From Candidatus Caribbeanibacter nitroreducens (lineage in GTDB: Bacteria; Gemmatimonadota; Gemmatimonadetes; Palauibacterales; Palauibacteraceae): 64,000 bases of DNA. The translations under genes were made by a program, and so were the position numbers. Positions 38,426 through 48,243 of the stretch are shown here, in pieces; position 1 is the first letter of the stretch; each line of letters starts with the position of its first letter. The notes beneath the pieces are model-generated. The model was not told the DNA's origin. It was given only the letters and a program-made list of their open reading frames with translations, and made no database searches. The stretch lies in assembly GCA_947581645.1 (NCBI GenBank), contig CANPVF010000159.1, positions 2,904-66,903 of the forward strand. The letters are read 5' to 3'.

Positions 38426-38712
38426 AGCAGGAGAGCGACAGCTCCCTCGCGCGCGGGACCTCGAAGCCCCCTATCCGGTTACATGTCATCTGATTGGATG
38501 ACAGTATCCGGCGGGCAACCATCCCCCGCCCACGGGACAGGCGGGTTGATCGAGGAAAAAGGGCTTGATTAGCTTGTGGGCGGTCAATGTTCTGGGCCGC
38601 GTCCGTCACAGGATGCTGACGCCCTGGGAACGGGGAGTCCGGCGTCTCCTGCGGGAGAGCGCTCGGTGGGGACGGACTGCCGTGAGACGGGAAACAGACG
38701 AAGGAGTGGGCC

Positions 38713-40293
38713 ATGACGACGGAGAGCGGGAAACGGATCCGTAGAGCCCTTCTTCTCCTGCCGGTCGCCGCAGCACTCGCGCTGACCGGGTGCGTGGACG
38801 AGAAGGTCGTCTTCCAGGAGCGTCCCCTCTTCGAGCAGCCCGCCAGCGCGGCCGAGGGCTTCCTGGGCTACAGCCAGCAGGACGCCAAGCTCACGGTCTG
38901 CGGCAACTGCCACGTCGGCACCCAGAACGCCTGGGAGGAGTCGGGCCACGCCGCCGCCTGGGAGGGGCTGCAGAGCAGTGGGGGCGCCCAGGACTTCTGC
39001 GAGGGCTGCCACACGGTGAACGAGCGGGGCAACTCCTTCGAGGGCGACGCCGGCTTCGCGGCCATGGGCTCCGACCGCTACCACGACGTCCAGTGCGAGT
39101 CGTGCCACGGCCCGGGCCAGACCCACGTCGAGAACCCCGACGGAAACCAGCCCCTGGCCAGCATCCAGGCCGGGGTGGACCTGGAGACCGGATGCGGTGA
39201 GTGCCACTCCGGCGCCCACCATCCCTTCACCAACCAGTGGGCCCAGTCCGCCCACGGCATCGCCTCGGTGAAGGACCGGCCGTACGTGAGCGGCTCCTGC
39301 CTGGACTGCCACGAGGGCGAGGCCGCCATGCAGAACACGTTCGGCGAGACGGCCAACTTCGTCGGCAAGGACGACGACCAGCGCTCGTCCATCACCTGCG
39401 CCGTCTGCCACGATCCCCACGGCTCCGAGAACGCCGCTCAGCTCCGCGCCCCGGTGGACGTGGCCAGCGAGGAGCATCTCTGTGTGCGGTGCCACTCGCA
39501 GCGGGGCACGCCCGGACTGACGCAGCCCAACCTGCACGGCCCCCACGGCTACCAGGGCAACCTGGTGCTGGGCGAGGACATCGGGTGGATCCCGCCCAAC
39601 GCGGACCTCAGCGGCACCTTCGCCTCCACCCACGGTACCGAGGGCAACCCGGAGCTGTGCGCCACCTGCCACGTGGCACAGCGGACCATCACCGACGAGG
39701 AGGGCGACTTCCAGGTGGAGGCCGTGGGCCACACCTTCGAGGCCACCCCCTGCCTGGACGACCAGGGCCTGCCGCGTGAGAACTGCACCATCCAGGAGCA
39801 GAACTTCGAGGCCTGCGCCACCAGCGGGTGTCACGGCAACGCCGAGACGGCCCGGAACCTGTTCGTCACGTCGAAGAACGGAATCAACGACCTGCTGGAT
39901 CAGCTCTGGACGGACACCGACGACGATCACAACCTGGAGACCACCGACGACGGACTGCTGCCCCAGGTTCTGGCCGCGCAGGGCGAGGGCGAGATCAACC
40001 CGGCCGACAGCACGTTCACCACGGCCGAGGGCGCGCTGTGGAACGCCCAGGTGGCGCACACCCAGGACCGGCTGTACTGGGGCGACTTCACCGTCGGCTC
40101 GAACCCGACCCACTTCGGGGCCCACAAGGGCAGCGGCGACGGCGTCCACAACCCGTTCCTGCTGGAAGCCCTGCTCAGGGCCTCCATCGACGCGGTGGAG
40201 AACGAGTACGGCGTGACCGCCAGCGCCACCGTCCAGCGCTTCTCCACACCTCCGCCCGGGATCGACGTCAACCTCAGCAGCGGCTCCGAGTAA
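38713..40293 (+). CDS. Lipoprotein multiheme cytochrome c (8 CxxCH + 1 CX4CH)
   Basis: Lipobox LTGC; heme motifs counted; AAGGAG RBS. Confidence 0.9.
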   Translation: MTTESGKRIRRALLLLPVAAALALTGCVDEKVVFQERPLFEQPASAAEGFLGYSQQDAKLTVCGNCHVGTQNAWEESGHAAAWEGLQSSGGAQDFCEGCHTVNERGNSFEGDAGFAAMGSDRYHDVQCESCHGPGQTHVENPDGNQPLASIQAGVDLETGCGECHSGAHHPFTNQWAQSAHGIASVKDRPYVSGSCLDCHEGEAAMQNTFGETANFVGKDDDQRSSITCAVCHDPHGSENAAQLRAPVDVASEEHLCVRCHSQRGTPGLTQPNLHGPHGYQGNLVLGEDIGWIPPNADLSGTFASTHGTEGNPELCATCHVAQRTITDEEGDFQVEAVGHTFEATPCLDDQGLPRENCTIQEQNFEACATSGCHGNAETARNLFVTSKNGINDLLDQLWTDTDDDHNLETTDDGLLPQVLAAQGEGEINPADSTFTTAEGALWNAQVAHTQDRLYWGDFTVGSNPTHFGAHKGSGDGVHNPFLLEALLRASIDAVENEYGVTASATVQRFSTPPPGIDVNLSSGSE

Positions 40294-40318
40294 CGGCACG
40301 GGAGCGGGAATCGGTGAC

Positions 40319-41062
40319 GTGCGCGGTTCCGCCACCGGGAGCGCGCTCCTCCCGATCCTGACGGCCCTGGCCGCGGTGGCCCTCCACCCCGGGATCGCCG
40401 CGGCGCAGGAGGCGGAGGCCGGCGCCGGCGACACGACGTTCGTCGCCGACGGGGACACGGTACCCTTCCGGCACGCCGAGCACACGGAGGTGGCGTGCAC
40501 CGACTGCCACTCCACGGAGGAGGGGCACGGGACGCTCACGGTCACGTCGATCCGCGGCTGCCGCTCCTGCCACCACTCCGGGTCCACCGCGGAGCCCTGC
40601 ACCGACTGCCACGAGCGTTCGGAGCTCCGCGCGGCGGGGTCGTATCCCGTCACCAGCGACCTGGTGATGTCGGTGGACACGGTCCGCGGACGCGATCTCC
40701 CCTTCGATCACGCCTCCCACGAGGATCTCGAGTGCGCGGAGTGCCACTCGGACGGAACCGAGCTGTCGGCCGGCTCCGTCCGGTGCGCCGAGTGCCACGA
40801 GGAGCACCACGGCGCCGAAGTGCGATGCGTCTCCTGTCACCGGGAAGCACCGGAGGAGACCCACACCCTGGCCGTCCACGCCACGTGCTCGGGGAGCGGC
40901 TGCCACGAGGCCGCGACCCTGCCGGTCACGACCAGGACCATGGCGCGTAGCCCGCGGAACGTCTGTCTCACCTGCCACCAGGACCAGGTAGACCACCGTC
41001 CCGGGGAGCGGTGCGCCCGCTGTCACCTCCTCCCGGAGGGAGAGGGAGGCGGTACGCCGTGA
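40319..41062 (+). CDS. Periplasmic c3/c7-like multiheme cytochrome (8 CxxCH + 1 CX4CH)
   Basis: Signal peptide AAA-QE; FRHAEH and FDHASH distal-His motifs; dense heme motifs. Confidence 0.9.
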   Translation: MRGSATGSALLPILTALAAVALHPGIAAAQEAEAGAGDTTFVADGDTVPFRHAEHTEVACTDCHSTEEGHGTLTVTSIRGCRSCHHSGSTAEPCTDCHERSELRAAGSYPVTSDLVMSVDTVRGRDLPFDHASHEDLECAECHSDGTELSAGSVRCAECHEEHHGAEVRCVSCHREAPEETHTLAVHATCSGSGCHEAATLPVTTRTMARSPRNVCLTCHQDQVDHRPGERCARCHLLPEGEGGGTP

Positions 41063-42537
41063 CCCGCACGCCGCACATCCCACGGCGCCGGTGGCTCCTG
41101 TCCCTGGGCGTTGGGTTCCTGGCGCTGGCCCTGCTGCCGGGGGCGGTCCCGGCCCAGGACTTCCGCGGACACGCCTGGGCCACGGCCCGCACGGTGGAGG
41201 TCCGCCCCATCGCCCAGGACACGGTGGCCCGGAGCCAGGTCACGGAGCTGCCCGGCGGCGGGTTGGCCTACCAGGGTCGGCCGGTGACGTGCAGGGGCGA
41301 CGAGTGCACCTTCTACCGCTCGTCCCCCTCCGAGCACGCGCTGCACACGACCCAGGACCTCCGCTTCACCGCCTGGGGCTTCGGCCTGGAGGGCCTGTCC
41401 GCCACGGTGCACGTCCGGGGCCGGCAGGACGTGGGCGGCGACTTCACCTGGCCCCGGAGCGACGACCCCTTCGACGCCATCGTCGCTTACGCGCAGTACA
41501 ACCGGCCCGATCTGCGCGTACGGCTGGGGCGCCAGCGGACCCGGTCGGGCCTGGGCTTCGCCAGCTACGACGGGGCCAGCGTGTTGGCCGAGCCCCTGGA
41601 CGGCCTGTCGCTGGAGGCCTACGGCGGCCGGAGCCTGGCCCGCGGCCTGCACGATCCGCGGAACGAGGCCCTGGAGGGCGTGGAGGACTTCCTGCCGGAC
41701 CGTGACGCCTGGCTCCTGGGCGCCGCGGCCACCGTGGAGGGAGGGGCCGGGAGCTCGCTCACGGCCCGGTATCAGAGGGAGATCTTCTCCAACCGTGCCG
41801 CGCTGCTCTCCGAGCGGGCCTCGGTCGACGGCCGCACCTCCGTCCTGGCGCCGGTGCGCCTCACGGGCTCGATGGACTACGACTTCGCGCGGGGAGAGAT
41901 CGGCAAGTCGCACCTGTCGGCGGAGCTCCCGGTGACGGACGACCTGGTCCTGGAAGCCCGCGGTCGCCGCTACATGCCCTACTTCGAGCTGTGGACCATC
42001 TGGGGCCTGTTCAGCCCGGTGGCCTATCACGAGGGGCGGCTCGGCGCATCGTGGTCGGCCACCTCCGACCTCGGTCTGCAGGTGAGCGGGGGCGCCCGGA
42101 GCTACGAGGACACCCACACCGACCCGATCCTGGGCCCGGTGGAGGACGACGCGTGGTTCGCCTCCGCCTCCGGCCGCTGGTCGCCGGCGTCGGACCTGCG
42201 CCTCCACGGCCGCTACCGGGTGGAGCGCGGCGCCGGGGCCTTCCTCAGCTCCGGAGAGCTGGGCGGTCGGTGGCGAGCCTCCGACCTGCTGGCGCTGCGC
42301 CTGGACCTGACGGCGAGCCAGCAGATCGAGGAGTTCCGGATCGGCGAAGGCATGCTGGCCGGCGGCACGGCATCCGTTGAGCTCCGTCCGCTGGACGGTG
42401 TGCGGCTGGACACGGGCGTCTCCGTGTACCGCCAGTACTTCGACAACCGCCCCAGCGCCGTCGACTGGAATCAGCTCCGCGGGTGGAGCACCCTGCGCCT
42501 GGACCTGGGCGGCGACCCCGCGCTGGAGGGGCGCTGA
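41059..42537 (+). CDS. Outer-membrane beta-barrel protein (candidate porin of a porin-cytochrome complex)
   Basis: Signal peptide VPA-QD; many alternating amphipathic strands; VRLGRQ; no heme motifs; sits between two cytochrome genes. Confidence 0.75.
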   Translation: MTRTPHIPRRRWLLSLGVGFLALALLPGAVPAQDFRGHAWATARTVEVRPIAQDTVARSQVTELPGGGLAYQGRPVTCRGDECTFYRSSPSEHALHTTQDLRFTAWGFGLEGLSATVHVRGRQDVGGDFTWPRSDDPFDAIVAYAQYNRPDLRVRLGRQRTRSGLGFASYDGASVLAEPLDGLSLEAYGGRSLARGLHDPRNEALEGVEDFLPDRDAWLLGAAATVEGGAGSSLTARYQREIFSNRAALLSERASVDGRTSVLAPVRLTGSMDYDFARGEIGKSHLSAELPVTDDLVLEARGRRYMPYFELWTIWGLFSPVAYHEGRLGASWSATSDLGLQVSGGARSYEDTHTDPILGPVEDDAWFASASGRWSPASDLRLHGRYRVERGAGAFLSSGELGGRWRASDLLALRLDLTASQQIEEFRIGEGMLAGGTASVELRPLDGVRLDTGVSVYRQYFDNRPSAVDWNQLRGWSTLRLDLGGDPALEGR

Positions 42538-42540
42538 CCG

Positions 42541-44286
42541 GTGGAGACCCGCGCCCGGACCTCCGTCCGCGTCACCGCCCTCGCGCTCGCGCTGGGGGTC
42601 GTCGCCCTGGCCGGCGCGGTGGCGTACGCCGGGAGCGACGCGGCCTCCGCGGCGGCACTCGCGGACCCCGCGCCGACGCCGTCGACGGCGCGCGGCGGAG
42701 GGGCGGAACCGGCCGCCGCCGACACCTCGGAGGGCTTCCCGCACGAGGAGCACGCGGGACTGTTCGCCCTGTGCACGGGGTGCCACGGGGGAATCGGCCG
42801 CGGCGACACGGCCTCCTTCTACCCGGAGCCGGAGTCCTGCGCCAACTGCCACGACGGGGAGCAGGAGGAACGGGTGGAGTGGGCGGGGCCGGAGCGCCGG
42901 GTCAGCGGGCTCACCTACGACCACGGTGAGCACGCCGCCGAGCTGGAGCGGGAGGGCGAGGAGCCGGCCGCCTGCGAGTCGTGCCACACGCCGGCCGGCG
43001 CGACGCGCATGGCGGTGGCCCGGCGGGCCGTACCGGAGCGGTGCCTGAGCTGTCACGAGCACGAGGCCCGGGACCACTACGTGGACGCCAGCTGCGCCAC
43101 CTGCCACCGGCCGCTGGCCGAGACAGGCTTCGGCCGTGCTCGCATCGCTTCCCTGCCCGAGCCGGACGACCACGACCGTAGCGCCTTCCTGGCCGAGGCC
43201 CACGGCGAGTCGGCGGAGCGCACGGTGACCACCTGCCAGACCTGCCATACGCAGGAGCGCTGCACCAGCTGCCACGTGGAGGGTTCGGAGCGGGAGGCGG
43301 TGGCCTCGATGCCCGTCGCGCCGGCCGGGATGGAGCTTCCCGACCTCGCCGCCCGCTACCCGACGCCGGAGACCCACGAGTCGGAGGGCTGGCTGGACGC
43401 GCACGGCGAGCGGGCCCGCCCCGGTGAGTGCTCCACCTGCCACACGCGCCAGAGCTGCACGACCTGTCACCGCGACGTTCCCTCTTCCGCCGTGGCCCGG
43501 CTGCCGGACGCCGGGGAGACGGACGCGCCGGGCGTCGAGGTGCACCGCCGCGCCCCGGCGTCCCACCGCTCGCTCGACTTCCCGACGGACCACGGCGACC
43601 TGGCGGCCGCCGATCCGGGGAGCTGCACGTCCTGCCACACGGAGGCCACCTGCACCGACTGCCACGCGGGGGGCGTGGCCGGCGCCGGTGACGCGGCGGG
43701 ACGGCGGAGCTCGCCGGCGGTGGGCTCGCCCGCCAGCGCGGGCGGGGTCGGGGGAGGCCCGTCCCCCGGGGGGTGGACGGGCGGTCCGGCCGTCCCTGCC
43801 CGGGACACCACTCATGCCGACACCACCGTCGCGGACACGAGCTCCGACGGAGACGCGACGGCCACGCCGTGGCCCGGCGCCACCCCGCGGAGCGAGCCCG
43901 GCGGCTTCCACCCCGAGAACTTCATGGCGCGGCACGCCTCCGCCGCGTACGGGAACCGCATGGAGTGCTCGACGTGCCACAGCACGGGAGCCTTCTGCCG
44001 GGAGTGCCACCAGCAGACCGGCATGGGCAGCAGCGGCCGCATCGGACCGGGCTTCCATGACGCCCAGCCCCTCTGGCTGCTGCGCCACGGACAGGCGGCG
44101 CGCCAGTCGCTCGAGAGCTGCGCCAGCTGCCATCGCCAGAGAGACTGCATCCAGTGCCATTCCATCACGGGAGCATTCAGCGTGAGCCCCCACGGACCGG
44201 AGTTCGACGCCCAGCAGTACGCCGACCGGAACCGGCAGGTGTGCCTCGCCTGCCACCTCTCGGATCCCCTGGGAGGTGGCTCGTGA
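42541..44286 (+). CDS. Periplasmic 16-heme cytochrome c
   Basis: Signal peptide; 16 CxxCH, including five CxxCH-x4-CxxCH doublets. Confidence 0.92.
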   Translation: METRARTSVRVTALALALGVVALAGAVAYAGSDAASAAALADPAPTPSTARGGGAEPAAADTSEGFPHEEHAGLFALCTGCHGGIGRGDTASFYPEPESCANCHDGEQEERVEWAGPERRVSGLTYDHGEHAAELEREGEEPAACESCHTPAGATRMAVARRAVPERCLSCHEHEARDHYVDASCATCHRPLAETGFGRARIASLPEPDDHDRSAFLAEAHGESAERTVTTCQTCHTQERCTSCHVEGSEREAVASMPVAPAGMELPDLAARYPTPETHESEGWLDAHGERARPGECSTCHTRQSCTTCHRDVPSSAVARLPDAGETDAPGVEVHRRAPASHRSLDFPTDHGDLAAADPGSCTSCHTEATCTDCHAGGVAGAGDAAGRRSSPAVGSPASAGGVGGGPSPGGWTGGPAVPARDTTHADTTVADTSSDGDATATPWPGATPRSEPGGFHPENFMARHASAAYGNRMECSTCHSTGAFCRECHQQTGMGSSGRIGPGFHDAQPLWLLRHGQAARQSLESCASCHRQRDCIQCHSITGAFSVSPHGPEFDAQQYADRNRQVCLACHLSDPLGGGS

Positions 44287-44846
44287 CGATGGACCGCGTG
44301 CGACAGTCCCCCGGCGGACGGCCGCGGCTCGCCGCCGTGACCGCGGTCCTCCTGGTGGCCCTCCTCCCGGTCGTCGCGGGATGCGGCGGAGAGGGCGGAG
44401 GGGCCGGCGACGGGAGCGGCGAGAGCCGCTTCTCCATCGGCGGGCGCGGGCTCAACGAGGCCGTGGACAGCGTACGCTCCTCCCGGCGCCGGCCCCCGAC
44501 CGGAGGGATGGGCGCCGGGAGCGGCGCCTCCCAACGCTCGAGCCTGCCGCCGGAGATCCAGTCCGCCCTGGACAGCGGCAACGTGGCCTACCGGGCCGGG
44601 AACTACCGCGCGGCCCTTGAGCAGTTCGAGTCGCTGGCCGAGGAGCATCCCGACGTCCGGGCCGCCTGGTTCGGGGTCTTCATGGCCCACCGGGCCCTGG
44701 GGAACACCGCCGCCGCCGACAGCGCCATGCGGCGAGCCGGCATGGGCTCCTCCGACGCCACGGAGCTGCACGGATCGGCGGCCGACAGCGGGACCAGCAC
44801 CGCCCCGCATCCTCCCATGACCGACACCACGGACTCGCCGATCTGA
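44283..44846 (+). CDS. TPR-like lipoprotein
   Basis: Lipobox VAGC; LDSGNVAYRAGNYRAALEQF...AAWFGVFMAHRALG; GTG overlaps the upstream stop. Confidence 0.7.
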   Translation: MTMDRVRQSPGGRPRLAAVTAVLLVALLPVVAGCGGEGGGAGDGSGESRFSIGGRGLNEAVDSVRSSRRRPPTGGMGAGSGASQRSSLPPEIQSALDSGNVAYRAGNYRAALEQFESLAEEHPDVRAAWFGVFMAHRALGNTAAADSAMRRAGMGSSDATELHGSAADSGTSTAPHPPMTDTTDSPI

Positions 44847-44900
44847 CGTCCCCGTCGGGTGCGCGTCCCGACGGCCCTTCCCGCCCGGCCCGCCCTCCGC

Positions 44901-44917
44901 GTGGGAAGTCTCCCCAC
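44901..44917. promoter_or_regulatory. 17-bp palindromic site upstream of the ATPase operon
   Basis: GTGGGAAGTCTCCCCAC. Confidence 0.55.
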
Positions 44918-45081
44918 ATCGGACCTCCCCGATTCCCGCCGAGACCGATCCCGCTGCTCCCGACAGATCCCCGGGCCCCTCGGCCCTACGTTCCCGACGG
45001 AATTTCGGCCCGGCAGCGTCCTCCTCGGCGGCACGGACGCCGCCGGGCCGCGCTGCGGACCATCCGGAACGGACGCTCTCC

Positions 45082-45480
45082 ATGAACGCACGACCAGACG
45101 CGGCACCGGGCGGCGGGGCCGATTTCACGGCCCCGGAGGAGTCCCGTGAGCCCGGAGCCGCGGAGGACAGCTACCTGGCCCGGCTCCTGGCGGCCGAGTC
45201 CCGGCTGGAGGCCTCGCTCGCCGAGGAGCGTCGCCGCGCCGATGCCATGATCGAGAGCGCCCGGGAGCAGGCCCGGGCCGTCCGCCGGGACGGGGCCGCC
45301 CGGCTCGAAGAGGAGCTCGTGGAGATGCGGTCGCGGGTCCGGGACGAGCACCGGGAGGCCGTCGAGGAGATCCGGCGCCGCGCAGAGCGACGGGCGCGCC
45401 GCTACCGCGAGACCACGGACGAGACGGTGGAGAAGCTGGCCCGGGCCGTGGCCGAGAGGCTCGTGGGGGACCCGCCGTGA
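45082..45480 (+). CDS. V/A-type ATPase peripheral stalk subunit G/H-like
   Basis: Charged coiled coil (RRADAMIESAREQAR); first gene, overlaps the subunit I start. Confidence 0.7.
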   Translation: MNARPDAAPGGGADFTAPEESREPGAAEDSYLARLLAAESRLEASLAEERRRADAMIESAREQARAVRRDGAARLEEELVEMRSRVRDEHREAVEEIRRRAERRARRYRETTDETVEKLARAVAERLVGDPP

Positions 45481-47378
45481 TCCTCACCATGTCCCGAGTT
45501 CGGATTCTCGGTCCGCGCCATCGCCTGTCCGAGATGGTGGGGGTCCTCCAGGACGCCGGCACGGTCCACCTGACCCGGCCGTCGGCAGAGGCCCTGCACC
45601 CGGTACCGGAGTCCCTCCATCGGGACGAGGAGTCCCGGCTGCGCGAGGCGCTCGAAAACGTCGAGGCGACGCTGGAGGCCCTTCCGGTGCAGGACGTGCA
45701 GCCGGAGATTCCCGACGCGATCTCCGCCGAGGACCTCCGTCGCTGGGAGCAGCTGGCGGAGCGTCTCCGCCGCCGGGCCGAGGACCTGACCGGACGCGCC
45801 CGGGAGCTGGAGCGGCGCGCGGTCGACCTCGACCGCTTCCTCGACCTCTTCCGGCGATTCGGCGATCTGCTGCCGGAGGAGCCGGGGAACGACGGTGTCC
45901 GCAGCTGGTTCCTGGTGCTCCGCACCGGGGGCTCCGACAGCACGGACCGCCTGCGGGGAGCGCTGGAGGAGAAGCTCGGCGAGGGCTTCGAGCTCACGGT
46001 GGGCGAGGAGCGGGGCGAGGGTCGGGCCGCCGTGCTCCGCGCCTCCGGGGAGGCCGCCCGGGGCATCGACGACGTCCTGTCCGGCGCCGGCGTCGAGGAG
46101 GTGGGGCTCCCGACGCGACTCCCGGGAGGAGCGTCCCTGGCGGGGGCCACCGACGCCATGCGGGAGCGCAGGAGCGAGCTGCGCGACAAGGTGCAGCGCC
46201 TGGAGCGGGAGCGGCAGGGGCTGGCGGCCGAGCACGGCCCCGGCCTCCTGGGCGTCCGGCTGGCCATCCGTGACCGACTGGCCCGGATCGAGGCCCTGCG
46301 CACGGCCGCCCGGACGGATCGGGCCTTCGTACTGGAGGGCTGGGTCCCGGAGGAGGAGCTGGACGGGCTCCGCCAGCGCATTGAGAACGACTTCGGCGAC
46401 GCCGCGGCGCTGGAGAAGATCGCCACGGAGAAGTGGCGGGGCGAGCAGGCCCCCGTCGCCCTCTCCAATCCGCGCATCTTCCGCCCCTTCGAGGCCGTGA
46501 CCCGGATGCTCCCGCTCCCGACCTACGGCAGCATCGACCCGACGCCCTACGTGGCCGTCTTCTTCCCCATGTTCTTCGGCATCATCCTGGGGGACGTGGC
46601 CTACGGGCTGACCCTCGGGGCGCTGGCGGCCTGGCTCCACCACCGATCGGACGCCGACTCCATCCTGCGCTCGGTCTCCGAGGTCGCCGGCGCGTGCGCC
46701 GCCTTCACGGTGGTCTTCGGCTTCGTGTACGGCGAGTTCCTGGGCGACCTGGGACACCGCGTGTTCGGCCTCGAGCCGCTGATCTTCGACCGCGAGGACG
46801 CGCTGATCCCCTTCCTGGGGCTGGCGGTGGCCCTGGGCGTCGTGCACGTGCTCATCGGCTTCATCCTCGGCGCGGTCTCCTCCGTCCGGGACGAGCCCAG
46901 GGAAGCCGTGGGCAGGGGGCTCTACGCCCTCATGGTCGTCCTCGTGGCCGTGGCGCTTCTGGCCGCCGTCCGGATCCTCCCGGGCGCCTTCTTCACCCCC
47001 GCCGTCGTGGCGCTCCTGGTGGCCTTCCCCGTGCTGATCATCGTCGAGGGGGTGCTGGCACCGGTGGAGCTCATCTCCACGCTGGGGAACGTCCTCTCCT
47101 ACGCCCGCATCATGGCCCTGGGCACGGCCTCCGTCGTCATGGCCGTGGTGGCGAACGAGCTGGTGGGAACGGTGGGGAGCGCCCTGGTGGGAGCCCTCTT
47201 CGGCCTCCTCTTCCACCTGGTGAACTTCGCCCTGGGAGTGTTCGGTCCCACCATTCACGGGCTCCGGCTCCACTACGTGGAATTCTTCGACAAGTTCTAC
47301 AGCCCCGGCGGCGAGCAGTACCGCCCCTTCCGGCACGTCCGGTCCGAGGACCGGGCCGCCGCTTCCCTGGACACCTGA
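45477..47378 (+). CDS. atpI: V/A-type ATPase subunit I (a)
   Basis: LEGWVP, IDPTP, FFGIILGDVAYG, NVLSYARIMALG and LRLHYVEFF motifs. Confidence 0.95.
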   Translation: MILTMSRVRILGPRHRLSEMVGVLQDAGTVHLTRPSAEALHPVPESLHRDEESRLREALENVEATLEALPVQDVQPEIPDAISAEDLRRWEQLAERLRRRAEDLTGRARELERRAVDLDRFLDLFRRFGDLLPEEPGNDGVRSWFLVLRTGGSDSTDRLRGALEEKLGEGFELTVGEERGEGRAAVLRASGEAARGIDDVLSGAGVEEVGLPTRLPGGASLAGATDAMRERRSELRDKVQRLERERQGLAAEHGPGLLGVRLAIRDRLARIEALRTAARTDRAFVLEGWVPEEELDGLRQRIENDFGDAAALEKIATEKWRGEQAPVALSNPRIFRPFEAVTRMLPLPTYGSIDPTPYVAVFFPMFFGIILGDVAYGLTLGALAAWLHHRSDADSILRSVSEVAGACAAFTVVFGFVYGEFLGDLGHRVFGLEPLIFDREDALIPFLGLAVALGVVHVLIGFILGAVSSVRDEPREAVGRGLYALMVVLVAVALLAAVRILPGAFFTPAVVALLVAFPVLIIVEGVLAPVELISTLGNVLSYARIMALGTASVVMAVVANELVGTVGSALVGALFGLLFHLVNFALGVFGPTIHGLRLHYVEFFDKFYSPGGEQYRPFRHVRSEDRAAASLDT

Positions 47379-47402
47379 CGAACACCTGAAAGGACGCCTG
47401 CC

Positions 47403-47630
47403 ATGAACGACGTCTTCTGGCTGACGCTGAGCGCCGCGCTGGCGGTGGGGATTCCCGCCCTGGCCACGGCGTGGGCACAATCGAAGATCGGCTCCTCCGT
47501 GGCCGCCACCCTGGCGGAGAAGCCGGAGCTGAGCACCACCGCGATCCTCATGATCGCGATTCCGGAGACCATGGTCGTCCTGGGGTTCGTGGTGGCGCTC
47601 GTCATCATGCTCCAGGGCGGCGGAGGCTGA
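47403..47630 (+). CDS. atpK: V/A-type ATPase subunit K (c), single hairpin
   Basis: 75 aa, two TM; AQSKIG, AEKPE and IPET with the carrier Glu. Confidence 0.92.
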   Translation: MNDVFWLTLSAALAVGIPALATAWAQSKIGSSVAATLAEKPELSTTAILMIAIPETMVVLGFVVALVIMLQGGGG

Positions 47631-47637
47631 GACCGGC

Positions 47638-48243
47638 GTGGGCATCGACGCACTGCTCCGGGAGCTGCGGGAGCGCTCCCGGGAGGAGGAGGCCGAGATC
47701 CGGCGGGAGGCCGAGGAGCAGGCCGAGCGGATCGTCGAGGAGGCGCGCCGGGAGGCCGAGAAGCGGCGACGGGAGGCGCTGCAGGAGGCCGAGGACGAGC
47801 TCCGGGAGGAGCTGCGCGCCGAGCGGGAGCGGGAGGAGAACGACGTCCGCCGGCAGGTGATGGAGGCCCGGGAGGAGCTGCTCGATCGCGTGCGTGAGAC
47901 GGCCCGGGAGCTGCTGGACGAGGCCGCCGCCTCCGGGGCGTACCGCCGCGAGCTCCCCGCCCGGATCCGGGAGGCGCTCGCCTGTCTGCCGGAGGACCGC
48001 GAGGTCGTGCTCCGCTGCCCGCCGTCGCTGGAAGAGGCGATTCGGGAGGCCCTCTCCGGCACGGACGGCCGGGTCCGCGTCGAGACCGACGACGAGGGGG
48101 CGGGCTTCCGGGCCAGCACGCCCGGCGGGACGATCACCGCCGACGCCTCCCTGGCACGCCGGCTGGAGCGTGACTGGACCGACCTGGCCCCCATGGTACT
48201 GGAGAAACTGGAGGAGCGATGGGCGGAGACTGGGGACCGCTGA
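47638..48243 (+). CDS. atpE: V/A-type ATPase subunit E
   Basis: N-terminal coiled coil; GFRASTPGG...DASLARRL; position in operon. Confidence 0.85.
   Translation: MGIDALLRELRERSREEEAEIRREAEEQAERIVEEARREAEKRRREALQEAEDELREELRAEREREENDVRRQVMEAREELLDRVRETARELLDEAAASGAYRRELPARIREALACLPEDREVVLRCPPSLEEAIREALSGTDGRVRVETDDEGAGFRASTPGGTITADASLARRLERDWTDLAPMVLEKLEERWAETGDR

Noticed and set aside
38574..38587. FNR/CRP-like box TTGT-N6-TCAA upstream of the cytochrome operon
   Set aside because: Single imperfect match without the TTGAT-N4-ATCAA core; too weak to call.
38713..44286. Naming the cluster mtrCAB
   Set aside because: Heme counts (9, 9, 16), barrel length and gene order do not match; no Mtr-specific signature was recognised.
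47403..47630. Na+-translocating ATPase
   Set aside because: The Na+ ligand set looks incomplete (Q and ET present, Tyr absent); ion specificity cannot be settled from sequence.
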